Under the pieces are notes generated by a model, which was not told where the DNA came from, searched no databases, and saw only the letters and a program-made list of their open reading frames with translations. A stretch of DNA of 60,754 nucleotides, the filler included, from an uncultured bacterium (GTDB lineage: Bacteria > DAOPZR01): NCBI GenBank assembly GCA_964637655.1. It is 6 parts of 6 records of this genome, joined end to end, with 100 filler letters (N's around TTAATTAATTAA, not from the genome) between each part and the next. Parts side by side here need not be neighbours in the genome. Positions count along the whole stretch, not along the records: positions 10,198 to 20,292 come from CAZWUZ010000137.1; positions 20,393 to 30,478 come from CAZWUZ010000138.1; 4 more parts are not named here. One strand, given 5' to 3'. Below, piece by piece: positions 17,320 to 26,495 of this stretch; the stretch's first letter is position 1; every line of letters begins with the position of its first letter. The position numbers and the translations under genes were made by a program.

Positions 17320-20292
17320 CGGCCGGTTCCGTGCTGAGCGTGAACGCAAACGCGGCACCGCCGCCCGGCAGGGTTTCTGCCCGCAGGCGGCCACCGTGGC
17401 GGCTGACGATGCGCTGCACCACGGCCAGCCCGATACCGGTGCCCGGGTACTGGTCGTCAGCATGCAGCCGCTGGAACGGTTGGAACAGTTCCTGCTGGCG
17501 CGCCGGGTCGAATCCTGCGCCATTGTCGGACACCGTGTACCATGTCTCTCCGGCCGCTGTCTCCGCGGTCACCTGGATGGCCGGCGCGATTGTCCCCGCG
17601 GTGAATTTCCACGCGTTGTCGAGCAGATGGCGCAACGCGAGGCGCAGCAGCGCCGGGTCGGCGGTTGCCTGCAGCCCGGGGGCGATGGTCACATTGACCG
17701 CGCGCGCCGGCTGCGCGCGGCGCACTTCCGCGACGAGCGAGCCGGCCAGCGCCGACAGGTCGCAGGGTTCCCGCCGCAGTTCCGCCCGCGCGAGCCGCGC
17801 CAGTTCGACCAGGTCGCTGACCAGCGCGTTCAGCCGCTGCGCCGCGCGGTCGAGCCGGCGCAGCTGATCACGCCCCGTCTCGTCGAGCGACGCCGCCTGA
17901 TCTTCGCGCAGGGCACGGGCGTAGCCGCTCAGCGCGCGCAGCGGGGTCCGCAGGTCGTGCGCCATGGCGACGGTAAACGACTCGAGTTCGCGGTTGACGC
18001 GGTGCAGGTCGGCAGTCCGCGCGCGCACGGTCAGTTCCAGCTGCTCCTGCTGCCGGCGCAGTGCCTGCTCCAGCACGCGCCGGCGGGTCAAATCGCGCAG
18101 GATGCCGAGATAGCCGATGATCTTCCCGTTGCGGTCGCGACGCACCCGCCCCCGGTTGCTGAACCAGCGCGCGCTCCCGTCGGCAGCGCGCACGCAATAC
18201 TCGTTTTCCCGTTCTTCGCCACCCGCCATGACGCGCGCACAGGCCGCACGCCCCGCGTCGCGGCTCTGCGGGTGCACAGAGTCGAGCAGCGGACGCCCGG
18301 TCAGCCGCTCGGGACGGTGCCCGAGCAGCGCCGTTGCCTGCGGGCTGACATACTCGATGACGCCGGACGGCGCGAGACGGTAGGCGAGGTCGCGGTTCTG
18401 TTCGATCAGTTCGCGATAGTGCTCCTCGTTGCGGCGCAGCGCCTGTTCCGCGCGTTTCAGTTCGGTGAGGTCGCGCCCGATGCCGAGCACCGCGCTGACC
18501 GTGCCGTCCGTTGCCATGAGCGGGATCAGCGTCGTCTCCTGCCAGGCGCTGCCGTCAGGCAGGCGCACCTCGCTGCTCGTGCGCACCTGCCGGCGCGTGG
18601 TGAAGACCCGCGCCAGCGCCTGCTGCTGCTGCTGGGCCACCGCGGGCGGGAAGAGGTCGGCGCGCTGCTGCCCGACAAGTTCGTCAGGGGCGCGGCGCAG
18701 GAAATGCGCCGCCACCGGGTTGACATAGCGGACGCGGTCGGCGGCATCGATGAGGAAGACGAGGTCGGGCACTGCATCGAGCAGCATGCGCGTGCGCTCG
18801 TCGAGCAGGTCATCCGTTGGCGACGCCGTGGCCGGGGACGTCACCCCGCGCGGCAGCGCGACGGTGAAGGTCGAACCCTCACCGGGCCGGCTGGCGACCC
18901 GCACGCCGCCGCCATGCCGCTCGATGATTTCGCGCACCACGGCCAGCCCGATGCCGACCCCGCCCTGCCGCCGTGTCGGACCGCTCTCCACCTGGTAGAA
19001 GCGGGTGAAGATCTGCTCCTGCTCAGCCGCGGGGATGCCGATGCCGCTGTCCGTCACGCTCAACTCCTGCTGCGCGTCGCCCGGCGGATGCACGGTGACG
19101 CTCACGCTCCCTTCCGCCGGGGTGAACTTGAGCGCATTATCGACGAGGTTGATCAGCACCTGCTGCAGGCGCCGCGGGTCGCCGGCCAGCAGCACGGTCT
19201 GTGTGTCGCCATGCAGCGACAGCGCTATGCCCGCCGCCCGCGCCTTGGGCTGCAGCAGCGCCACCACCTCGCGCGCCAGCGAGGCGAGGTCGACCGTTTC
19301 CAGCGCCAGCGGGTCGTCCGCCCCCTGCAGGCGCGAGAAGGTGAGCAGGTTGTCGATAAGCCCGACCAGCCGGTCGAGGTTGCGCAGCACCGCCGCGAGC
19401 TGCTCGCGCTGCCGCGGCGTCACCGGACCGGAATACCCCTCGGCGATCAGTTCCGCGTAGCCGCGCACGGCGACCAGCGGGGTGCGCAGTTCATGCGACA
19501 CCGTCGACAACAGGTTGTTCTTGAGCGTGTCGAGTGCGCGCAGTTCACCGTTCAGCCGCTGCAGTTCCTCCGCCGCCTGCCGCCGCTCCTCCTCCTGCCG
19601 CCGCGTGGCGCTGATATCGCGCATGTAGCCGCGCAGACCGACCGTGGTACCGCCACGCCGCACCACCGCGGAGCGGATTTCGACATTCAGCCAGCTGCCG
19701 TCGCGGTGCCGCACGCGGTAGGTGCCCGGGTTCCGCGTGGCGCCGTCCAGCACCTCGTGCAGCGCGATCAGCGCCTGACCGCGGTCGTCGGGATGGATGA
19801 ACTCGAATACCGCATGACCGAGCAGGTCGCTCCCCGGTGCATAACCGAAGAGCGCGTAGAGCGCGCGGTTGGCGAAACTGAGCCGCCCGGTCAAATCGGT
19901 CTCGAACACCCCGAGCGGGAGGAAATCTGCCAGCGTGCGGTAGCGTTCCTCGTTGGCCCGCAGTTCCGCCGCCGCCTGGTCCTGCTGCGTCAGGTCGCGC
20001 ACGTAGGCCCACCATTCGACCGTGCCGTCCGCCGCCGTGTCACGCACCAGCGTCACCGCGACCGGGATGCGCAGGCCGTCACGCCGCACGAAATGTTTCT
20101 GCAGCGTCAGCGGCCCGCTGTCGGGCAGGTCGCGCACCTGCTGCACTTCGCGCGCATACTCGTCAGGGAGCGACAGGTCAGCCACCGTCAGGCCGTGCAC
20201 CTCCTCCGCCGCGCGGCCGACCAGCCGCCGGAAGGCGGCATTGCTGCCGATGATGGCCGCGGGCGCGTCCGGACGGACAATGCCGTCCGGGG
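17312..20292 (-). CDS. PAS sensor protein with two complete histidine kinase cores (5' end lost at gap)
   Basis: The frame stays open to the spacer. Core 1: SHELRTPL/NLVDNALKF/DSGIGI/GVGIGL. Core 2: AHDLRTPL/LLDNAWKF/DNGAGF/GTGIGL. Confidence 0.9.
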
Positions 20293-20392
20293 NNNNNNNN
20301 NNNNNNNNNNNNNNNNNNNNNNNNNNNNNNNNNNNNTTAATTAATTAANNNNNNNNNNNNNNNNNNNNNNNNNNNNNNNNNNNNNNNNNNNN
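20293..20392. other. Artificial contig spacer
   Basis: N-run / TTAATTAATTAA / N-run. Confidence 0.99.
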
Positions 20393-20461
20393 CTGGAGGG
20401 ATTCGAACCCCCGACCTTCTGGTCCGTAGCCAGACGCTCTATCCAGCTGAGCTACAGCCGC
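20393..20461 (-). tRNA. tRNA-Arg(ACG), 3' end cut by gap
   Basis: GCGGCTGTAGCTCAGCTGGATAGAGCG-TCTGG CTACGGA CCAGA-...GGTTCGAATCC. Confidence 0.95.
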
Positions 20462-20510
20462 ACGCTATCCTTTTGTCCGGCAGCGGCAACGGCGCCGCAA
20501 CCATGAGCAA

Positions 20511-20599
20511 TGGCGGAGAGAGTGGGATTTGAACCCACGGTACCTTGTGAGTACGCCGCCTTAGCAAGGCGGTGCCTTAAGCCGCTCGGCCATCTCTCC
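20511..20599 (-). tRNA. tRNA-Ser(GCT)
   Basis: GGAGAGATGGCCGAGCGG...CCGCC TTGCTAA GGCGG, long variable arm, GGTTCAAATCC, 3' GCCA. Confidence 0.96.
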
Positions 20600-20624
20600 G
20601 TAACAGTTGCACAACACGACGCTA

Positions 20625-20714
20625 TGGCGGAGGGGGAGGGATTCGAACCCCCGGACGGGTTGCCCCGTCTCCGGTTTTCAAGACCGGCCGATTCAACCGC
20701 TCTCGCACCCCTCC
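20625..20714 (-). tRNA. tRNA-Ser(TGA)
   Basis: GGAGGGGTG...CCGGT CTTGAAA ACCGG, long variable arm, GGTTCGAATCC, 3' GCCA. Confidence 0.96.
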
Positions 20715-20773
20715 CGCACGCCACGGCGGCAACAGTGCACACACCGCGACTTCACCGCCACCATCGCCCATAC

Positions 20774-20802
20774 AGTATAGCAGATAAGCCGGGGTCTGTC
20801 AA
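20774..20802 (-). promoter_or_regulatory. Sigma70 promoter of the tRNA cluster
   Basis: TTGACA-17 bp-TATACT on the minus strand. Confidence 0.85.
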
Positions 20803-20818
20803 TGAATAAACGACGTAA

Positions 20819-20847
20819 TTGACGCGCAGCAGCGGATGAGGTATATA
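20819..20847 (+). promoter_or_regulatory. Putative sigma70 promoter of recR
   Basis: TTGACG-17 bp-TATATA, divergent from the tRNA promoter. Confidence 0.6.
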
Positions 20848-20872
20848 CGGGGCGGGAGGGAAGCAGAAGACC

Positions 20873-21472
20873 ATGCTCGCCGTACCACCGCCGCTCGCGC
20901 GCCTCATCCGCGAACTCAACCGTCTCCCCTCCGTGGGGCAGAAAACCGCGCAGCGTCTTGCCTTTCATCTGCTGGGGCAGCAGCGGGTGCAGGCGCGCGA
21001 CCTGGCGCAGGCGCTGCTTGCCGCGGCGGAGCAGATGCGCCCCTGCCGCCGCTGCGGCAACCTCACCGACGCGGAGGAGTGCACCATCTGCCGCGCCCCG
21101 GGCCGGGCCAACGGCCTGCTCTGCGTCGTCGAGGAGGTGCGCGATCTGTTCACCATCGAGGGGGCGCGCGTCTTCGCCGGCAGGTATCATGTGCTCGGGG
21201 GATTGCTCTCGCCGCTCGACGGGGTCGGCCCGCAGGACCTGAGCATCCCGCAGCTGCTGCGCCGCCTCCCCGACGAGCAGATCCGCGAGGTGATCATTGC
21301 CACCAACCCGACGGTGGAAGGGGAAGCGACCGCCTCGTACCTCGCGCGGGCCATCCATCCGCTCGGGGTGCGTGTCACGCGCATCGGGTTCGGCATGCCG
21401 GTGGGTGGCGACCTGGAATTTGCCGATGAACTGACGTTGTCACGGGCACTGGAAGCACGGCGCGAGTTGTAG
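20873..21472 (+). CDS. recR: Recombination mediator RecR
   Basis: LPSVGQKTAQRLA (HhH), C4 zinc finger, LCVVE, YHVLGG.LSPLDG.GP, EVIIATNPTVEGEATA. Confidence 0.97.
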   Translation: MLAVPPPLARLIRELNRLPSVGQKTAQRLAFHLLGQQRVQARDLAQALLAAAEQMRPCRRCGNLTDAEECTICRAPGRANGLLCVVEEVRDLFTIEGARVFAGRYHVLGGLLSPLDGVGPQDLSIPQLLRRLPDEQIREVIIATNPTVEGEATASYLARAIHPLGVRVTRIGFGMPVGGDLEFADELTLSRALEARREL

Positions 21473-21576
21473 GCATCAGGCCAGAAACCCCGGCGAATAG
21501 CTGCATATCACAATTCGTTTATCTTACATATAGTAAAACAGTTGCACTGATACTTTCAACAATTATGTAATTCACC

Positions 21577-21605
21577 TTGACGCCACTGCCGCTTTCCGGT
21601 ATAAT
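21577..21605 (+). promoter_or_regulatory. Near-consensus sigma70 promoter for ncRNA copy 2
   Basis: TTGACG-17 bp-TATAAT preceded by an AT-rich tract (~21510-21575); predicted start ~21612 coincides with the start of the terminal helix. Confidence 0.9.
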
Positions 21606-21611
21606 GGGAAC

Positions 21612-22778
21612 TGCCTGAAGGTCAGTGGCTGTTCTTAGACAACAGAATCCGACACAGAGCCGGACACCCGGAGCCGTTTCGACGGCGACGGCGGCAGGGA
21701 ACAGGGCGTATTCCTGGCGTGGGCAGCGGGAGCTGCAGAGCGCGGGAAGCTGGCAACAGCAGCCCCAACCGACCGCATGAGAGGGAGCGAGCGGCGACTG
21801 AAGAGGAAAAGAAGCGCAGAGCAGGCGGCGCCGGTGAGAACCGGAGAGGCCGCAAGCCGCGGGGAGCAACACCCTGCAGCCGGGCGCAACACCGTGTGAA
21901 GAACGGGCCGGTCGCAAGATCGGCAACGGACGCGGGCAGGACCAGATACCCTGGAGCGGTGGAAAACCGCAGGAGGGGAGCACGACGCGAGAGCGGGCGG
22001 GCGGTCTGATCGCGGGGAAGATTCAGAGGGTGGGCATAACGGCATGAGGGTAACCGTCCGGAAGCGGGCGGATATCCGCGGTACGAGAAACCTGCAGAGC
22101 GCGTAAAGTTCAGGAGAGGCAGCAACCGCATTCATCTAACCGTGGGCGCGGCGAGCGATCCTGTTCCGGAGTAACGCTTCGCAGCCTTGCAAAAAGGCAG
22201 GGGAGCACGAGGCCCGGGAGGGCGGAGGCTGGAACAGGGGAGAACCCTCTGAAGAACATGAATCCCGGAAAGGGCACGAGGCCAGTGGGCGGGTAAACAA
22301 CCCCGTCTGCGTCTGGAGCCAACGGATGTCCGGAAGGTGCAATACCGCGAGGTCCTGAGAAAGGACGGGGCGGTCAGGAAAGCCGGCAACGGTGAGTACC
22401 ACCGACGGACAGGGACACCCTTAGGGGGACGGAAAACCTTGGGAAGGGAGCCGGGTGGAACGGCGGCAGAGATGCCGTCGGGAAGGTCGGCAGCAGCATC
22501 CGGAACAAAGCTCTGAAGCGGGGCGGAATTCCATGAAGGTGAGCCGGGGCCGAGAGGATTCCCGGTGGAGCGCGGCGGAGAAAAGCCCGTGCGGTCGTGA
22601 GAAACGACGGGACGGGGGCGGAGCCGAGAGGCAGAAGCCGGTCGCAGCGCGAATCCTTGCAGGAAGAGCCAACCGCAGGAGAGCAGGGGAATCAGCGATG
22701 GTTCTACCGCTGGATGATGCGGGCAAACCCTTGGGAAGGCGGACTGTTGTCAGGAATAGAAGCTGATTTCTTCAGGCA
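21612..22778 (+). ncRNA. Large structured non-coding RNA candidate, copy 2 (~1.17 kb, family unassigned)
   Basis: TGCCTGAAG-GTCAG (21612-21625) pairs with CTGAT..CTTCAGGCA (22763-22778); CTGTTCTTAGACAACAG pairs with CTGTTGTCAGGAATAG. Has its own promoter and terminator; collinear with 8690-9833. Confidence 0.88.
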
Positions 22779-22791
22779 CTTTTTGTATAGC

Positions 22792-22820
22792 AACGACGCG
22801 GCGACGCGTCGTTTTTTTTT
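22792..22820 (+). terminator. Intrinsic terminator after ncRNA copy 2
   Basis: AACGACGCG-GCGA-CGCGTCGTT hairpin running into a T9 tract. Confidence 0.92.
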
Positions 22821-22867
22821 GCCCCGCGCACCCCGCTCTGCTATACTCGCCGCAGGAGAAGAAGACC

Positions 22868-23227
22868 ATGGTCCGACAGGAAGAATTCATGCGCCGCGTC
22901 GCCTCTGCCGCGCGCGGGGCGGGCGGCAGCGCCCGCGCCCTCGAAAACAGTTACTTCGCGCGTACCGACCCGTCCTTTTTGCGCGCGCTCGCCGCTGACG
23001 CGACACAGCAGAAACAGGCCCTGCAGCAGGAACACGGGAAGGAGAAGCACTGGCGGGTCTGCCCGTCGTGCGGGGCGCGCCTGCGCGAGGAAAACCTCGC
23101 CGGCGTGCTCATTGACGCCTGCCCCGCCTGCGGCGGGCTGTGGTTCGATCAGGGGGAAGTGGAACTGCTGCTGCGCGCGAAGCGCTCCTTCTGGACGCGT
23201 CTGCGCGAACTGTTCCGCGCGCCCTAA
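22868..23227 (+). CDS. zf-TFIIB-type zinc-ribbon protein
   Basis: E..YF N-terminus, CPSCG...IDACPACGGLWFDQGE; AGGAG RBS upstream. Confidence 0.85.
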   Translation: MVRQEEFMRRVASAARGAGGSARALENSYFARTDPSFLRALAADATQQKQALQQEHGKEKHWRVCPSCGARLREENLAGVLIDACPACGGLWFDQGEVELLLRAKRSFWTRLRELFRAP

Positions 23228-24171
23228 CGCCGCCCGAGCAGCAGGTACATGATCGCCTTCTGCACATGCAGGCGGTTTTCCGCCTCGTCGAAGACGATGC
23301 TGTGCGGGCCGTCGACCACCTCGTCGGTGATCTCCTCGCCGCGATGCGCCGGCAGGCAGTGCATCACCAGCACATCTTTTTTCGCCGCCGCCACCAGTGC
23401 CGCATTGACCTGATACGGGGCAAATACCGCCTTGCGTTTCGCCTGTTCCTGTTCCTGCCCCATCGACGCCCAGACATCGGTGTAGATGACATCGGCCCCC
23501 TGCACCGCCGCCTGCGGGTCATGTGCCAGCGCCACCGTCCCGCCGCTGGCCGTGCACGCCTGCTGCGCCCAGCCCCATACCGTTGTGTCCGGCTCGTACC
23601 CTGCCGGGGTGCAGGCGACAAACCGCATGCCCGTTTTGGCACAGCCGAGCGCGAGCGAATTGCACACGTTGTTGCCGTCGCCGATGTAGACGAGCTTGAG
23701 GTCCTTCAGGTCGGCGTGCTTCGGGTCGCGCTGCCGGTGCTCGATGACCGTGTAGAGATCCGCGAGGATCTGGCAGGGATGCAGCAGGTCGGTCAGCCCG
23801 TTGATCACCGGCACGCTGCCGTACGTCGCCAGGTCGATGACATCCTGGTGCGCAAACGTGCGGATCATGATCCCGTCCACATAGCGCGACAGCGTGCGCG
23901 CCGTGTCGGCGATGGTCTCGCCGCGGCGCAGCTGCAGGTCGGTGGCGGAGAGGAAGAGCGCGCTCCCCCCCAGCTGGTACATGCCGACCTCGAACGATAC
24001 GCGCGTGCGCGTCGACGCCTTCTGGAAGATCATCGCCAGCGTTTTGCCCGCCAGCGGCGTGAAACGCTCACCCGCCCGCTGCCTGCTTTTCAGCAGCTGC
24101 GTGGTGGCGAAAATCTCGTCGAGGTCCGCCCGGTCGAGGTCGTTGATGCTGATCAGGTGTTGCACTTTCAT
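23224..24171 (-). CDS. argF: Ornithine carbamoyltransferase
   Basis: STRTRVSFE, HPCQILAD, GDGNN, DVWASMGQE, HCLPAHRGEE, AENRLH. Confidence 0.95.
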   Translation of the reverse strand: MKVQHLISINDLDRADLDEIFATTQLLKSRQRAGERFTPLAGKTLAMIFQKASTRTRVSFEVGMYQLGGSALFLSATDLQLRRGETIADTARTLSRYVDGIMIRTFAHQDVIDLATYGSVPVINGLTDLLHPCQILADLYTVIEHRQRDPKHADLKDLKLVYIGDGNNVCNSLALGCAKTGMRFVACTPAGYEPDTTVWGWAQQACTASGGTVALAHDPQAAVQGADVIYTDVWASMGQEQEQAKRKAVFAPYQVNAALVAAAKKDVLVMHCLPAHRGEEITDEVVDGPHSIVFDEAENRLHVQKAIMYLLLGRR

Positions 24172-24192
24172 GTCCGTCTCCTGCCCGCAGAA

Positions 24193-25425
24193 TCAGCCGA
24201 ACAGCGGCGTGAGCGCCGCCAGTTCGGGTGCCACCGTGCGCGGCGTCCCCGCCACTTTCATGGCGGAGGCCACATCCTTCAGCCCGTTGCCGGTGATGAC
24301 CGCAACGATGGTCTCGTCGGCGCGCAGTTTTCCCGCCTGCGCCAGCGCCGCCACCCCGGCATACGCCGTCACGCCCGCCGGTTCACCGAACACCCCCGCA
24401 CCGCGCGCCACGGTTTTGAGCGACTCGAGGATGACCTCGGCGCTGACGGTCACCGCGTCCCCCCCCGACTCCGTCACCGCGCGCACCGCCATCGCCCCGT
24501 CGCGCGGGATGTCGACGGATATGGAATCCGCCACCGTCGTCGCGCGCACCGGTTCGAGTTTCCCGCCGCGGCGCACCGCGTCCGCCACCGCGCTGCTTTT
24601 CTCCGACTGCACCGCGACCATTTTCGGCAGGCGGTCGATGCACCCCGCCGCGTGCAGGTCGCGAAACCCCTTCCAGATGCCGCTGATGATGTTGCCGTCA
24701 CCGACGGAGACGAACACGCGGTCCGGCACCCGCCAGTCGAGTTGCTCGCAGATTTCGAAGGCACAGGACTTTTTGCCTTCGCGCGTGAACGGGTTGTAGC
24801 CGGTATTGCGGTTGTACCAGCCGTACTTCGCTGACGCCGCCAGGCAGAGGTCGAACGCCTGGTCGTAGGTGCCGTCGACCATGACGATCTCCGCGCCGAA
24901 CGCCATGATCTGGGCGATCTTCGCCGGCGGCGCGCTCTTGGGCACGAAGATGATGGTGCGGTACCCGAGCGGCGCGGCCAGGCAGGCGAGCGACGACGCG
25001 GCGTTCCCCGTCGACGCGCCGCAGATCAGCGGCGCCCCGTTCTCGCGCGCATGCGCCAGCGCCACGCTTGAGGCGCGGTCCTTGAACGATGCGCTCGGGT
25101 TGCGCCCGTCATCCTTGAGGAGGAGGTGCGGCACCCCGAGCGGCGCCCCGAGGCGCTCCGCGCCATAGAGCGGGGTCCAGCCGACCTGCTGCGGCGGGAT
25201 CATGCTCAGGTCGCGCAGCGGGTAGAAGGGGGCGTAGCGCCAGACCGAGTAGTTCCGGTCGGCCGCCAGCGTGTCGCGCGAAATGCGCGCGCGGATCTTC
25301 GCGTAATCGTACGTCACCTCGGTGTTGGCGCCGCAGGCGGTGCAGACGTACTGCGTCTGCTGCAGCGTATGCTCCTTGCCGCACTGCGTACACGTCAGGC
25401 CGAGGACCTGGTCGGGCTGGATCAT
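24193..25425 (-). CDS. thrC: Threonine synthase (PLP fold II)
   Basis: N-terminal CxxC...CxxC, NPSASFKDR, ASTGNA, EGKK, VGDGN, EPAG, ITGNGLKD. Confidence 0.8.
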   Translation of the reverse strand: MIQPDQVLGLTCTQCGKEHTLQQTQYVCTACGANTEVTYDYAKIRARISRDTLAADRNYSVWRYAPFYPLRDLSMIPPQQVGWTPLYGAERLGAPLGVPHLLLKDDGRNPSASFKDRASSVALAHARENGAPLICGASTGNAASSLACLAAPLGYRTIIFVPKSAPPAKIAQIMAFGAEIVMVDGTYDQAFDLCLAASAKYGWYNRNTGYNPFTREGKKSCAFEICEQLDWRVPDRVFVSVGDGNIISGIWKGFRDLHAAGCIDRLPKMVAVQSEKSSAVADAVRRGGKLEPVRATTVADSISVDIPRDGAMAVRAVTESGGDAVTVSAEVILESLKTVARGAGVFGEPAGVTAYAGVAALAQAGKLRADETIVAVITGNGLKDVASAMKVAGTPRTVAPELAALTPLFG

Positions 25426-25444
25426 GGCTCTGCTCCGGGTCGGG

Positions 25445-26395
25445 TCAGCCGCGCACGATGCGGGTGCCGGTTTCCCCGCGCAGCGCCTGCATCAGCGACG
25501 CGGGGTTGGTGATGATCGACTGCTCGCCGCCGTTCTCGACGAAGTTCACCGCGGCGCGCACCTTCGGCTCCATCGACCCCTTGGCGAAATGCCCCGCGGC
25601 GATGAATTCCTGCGCCTGCGCGACGGTCAGCGTGCCGAGCGCCTGCTGGTCCGGCTTGTTGTAGTTGATGTAGACCTGCGGCACGTCGGTGGAGATGATG
25701 AAGTAGTCGGCTTTCAGGTCGGCGGCGAGCACGCAGGCGGCGCTGTCCTTGTCGATGACCGCCGCCACTCCCTCGAGTTTCCCGTCGGGCTGCACCACCA
25801 CCGGGATGCCCCCCCCGCCCACCGCGATGACGATGACCCCGCCGTCGACCAGCTGCCCGATGACCTTGCGCTCGACGATGCGCTGCGGTTTCGGCGACGG
25901 CACGACGCGGCGGTAGCCCCGACCCGCATCCTCGATGATCGTCCAGTCGGGATTGTCCTGGCGTTTCTGCTCCGCCTGCGCCGCGGTGAAGAACTGCCCT
26001 ACCGGCTTGGTCGGATTGCTGAACGCCGGGTCGTTCTTGTCGACCACCACCTGGGTGATCACCGTCGCCACGTTCCGCGAAATCTGCTTCGCGTGCAGGA
26101 TGTTCTCCAGCGACTGCTGCAGCATGTAGCCGATCCCCCCCTGCGAGTCGGCGACGCAGACATCCATCGGCATCGGCGGGATCTTGTGCAGTTCCTCGCC
26201 CGCCGCCGCGCGCAGCAGGATGTTCCCCACCTGCGGCCCGTTGCCGTGCGCGACGACCAGCTGATGCCCCGCCTCGACCATCGCCGCGATGTTCGCGCAG
26301 GTCGCGTTTGCCGCCGCCAGCTGCTCGTGGTAGAGGCCTTTCTGCCCGGCGCTGATGAGCGAGTTGCCGCCGACCGCGATGACGATCTTCTTCAT
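25445..26395 (-). CDS. arcC: Carbamate kinase
   Basis: IAVGGNSL, HGNGPQVG, PTKPVG, GYRRVVPSP, GGGGIPV, AVIDKD, GSMEPKV. Confidence 0.95.
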   Translation of the reverse strand: MKKIVIAVGGNSLISAGQKGLYHEQLAAANATCANIAAMVEAGHQLVVAHGNGPQVGNILLRAAAGEELHKIPPMPMDVCVADSQGGIGYMLQQSLENILHAKQISRNVATVITQVVVDKNDPAFSNPTKPVGQFFTAAQAEQKRQDNPDWTIIEDAGRGYRRVVPSPKPQRIVERKVIGQLVDGGVIVIAVGGGGIPVVVQPDGKLEGVAAVIDKDSAACVLAADLKADYFIISTDVPQVYINYNKPDQQALGTLTVAQAQEFIAAGHFAKGSMEPKVRAAVNFVENGGEQSIITNPASLMQALRGETGTRIVRG

Positions 26396-26423
26396 GGCTG
26401 CCTCCGTACTGTGTGGTGCGGCA

Positions 26424-26489
26424 ATAGTAGTAGTTTCCCCCCGCCTTGTCAAGAAATGCCTTGACAGCCGCGCCCCGACGCCGTATGCT
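26424..26489. promoter_or_regulatory. Back-to-back divergent sigma70 promoters
   Basis: Minus strand TTGACA(26447-26452)-17-TACTAT; plus strand TTGACA(26461-26466)-17-TATGCT. Confidence 0.75.
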
Positions 26490-26495
26490 GCCGCC

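Noticed and set aside
14680-20344. Very long plus-strand ORFs (885 and 1030 aa) and similar antisense ORFs such as 34508-37039 and 47709-49865
   Set aside because: They are shadow frames of well-supported genes in high-GC DNA and have no domain motifs.
21612-22778. The two copies as a non-autonomous mobile element with terminal inverted repeats
   Set aside because: The end pairing relies on G-U pairs and bulges, which fits RNA rather than DNA repeats. The outer ends differ between copies, no target-site duplication or transposase is visible, and the ends coincide with a promoter and terminator.
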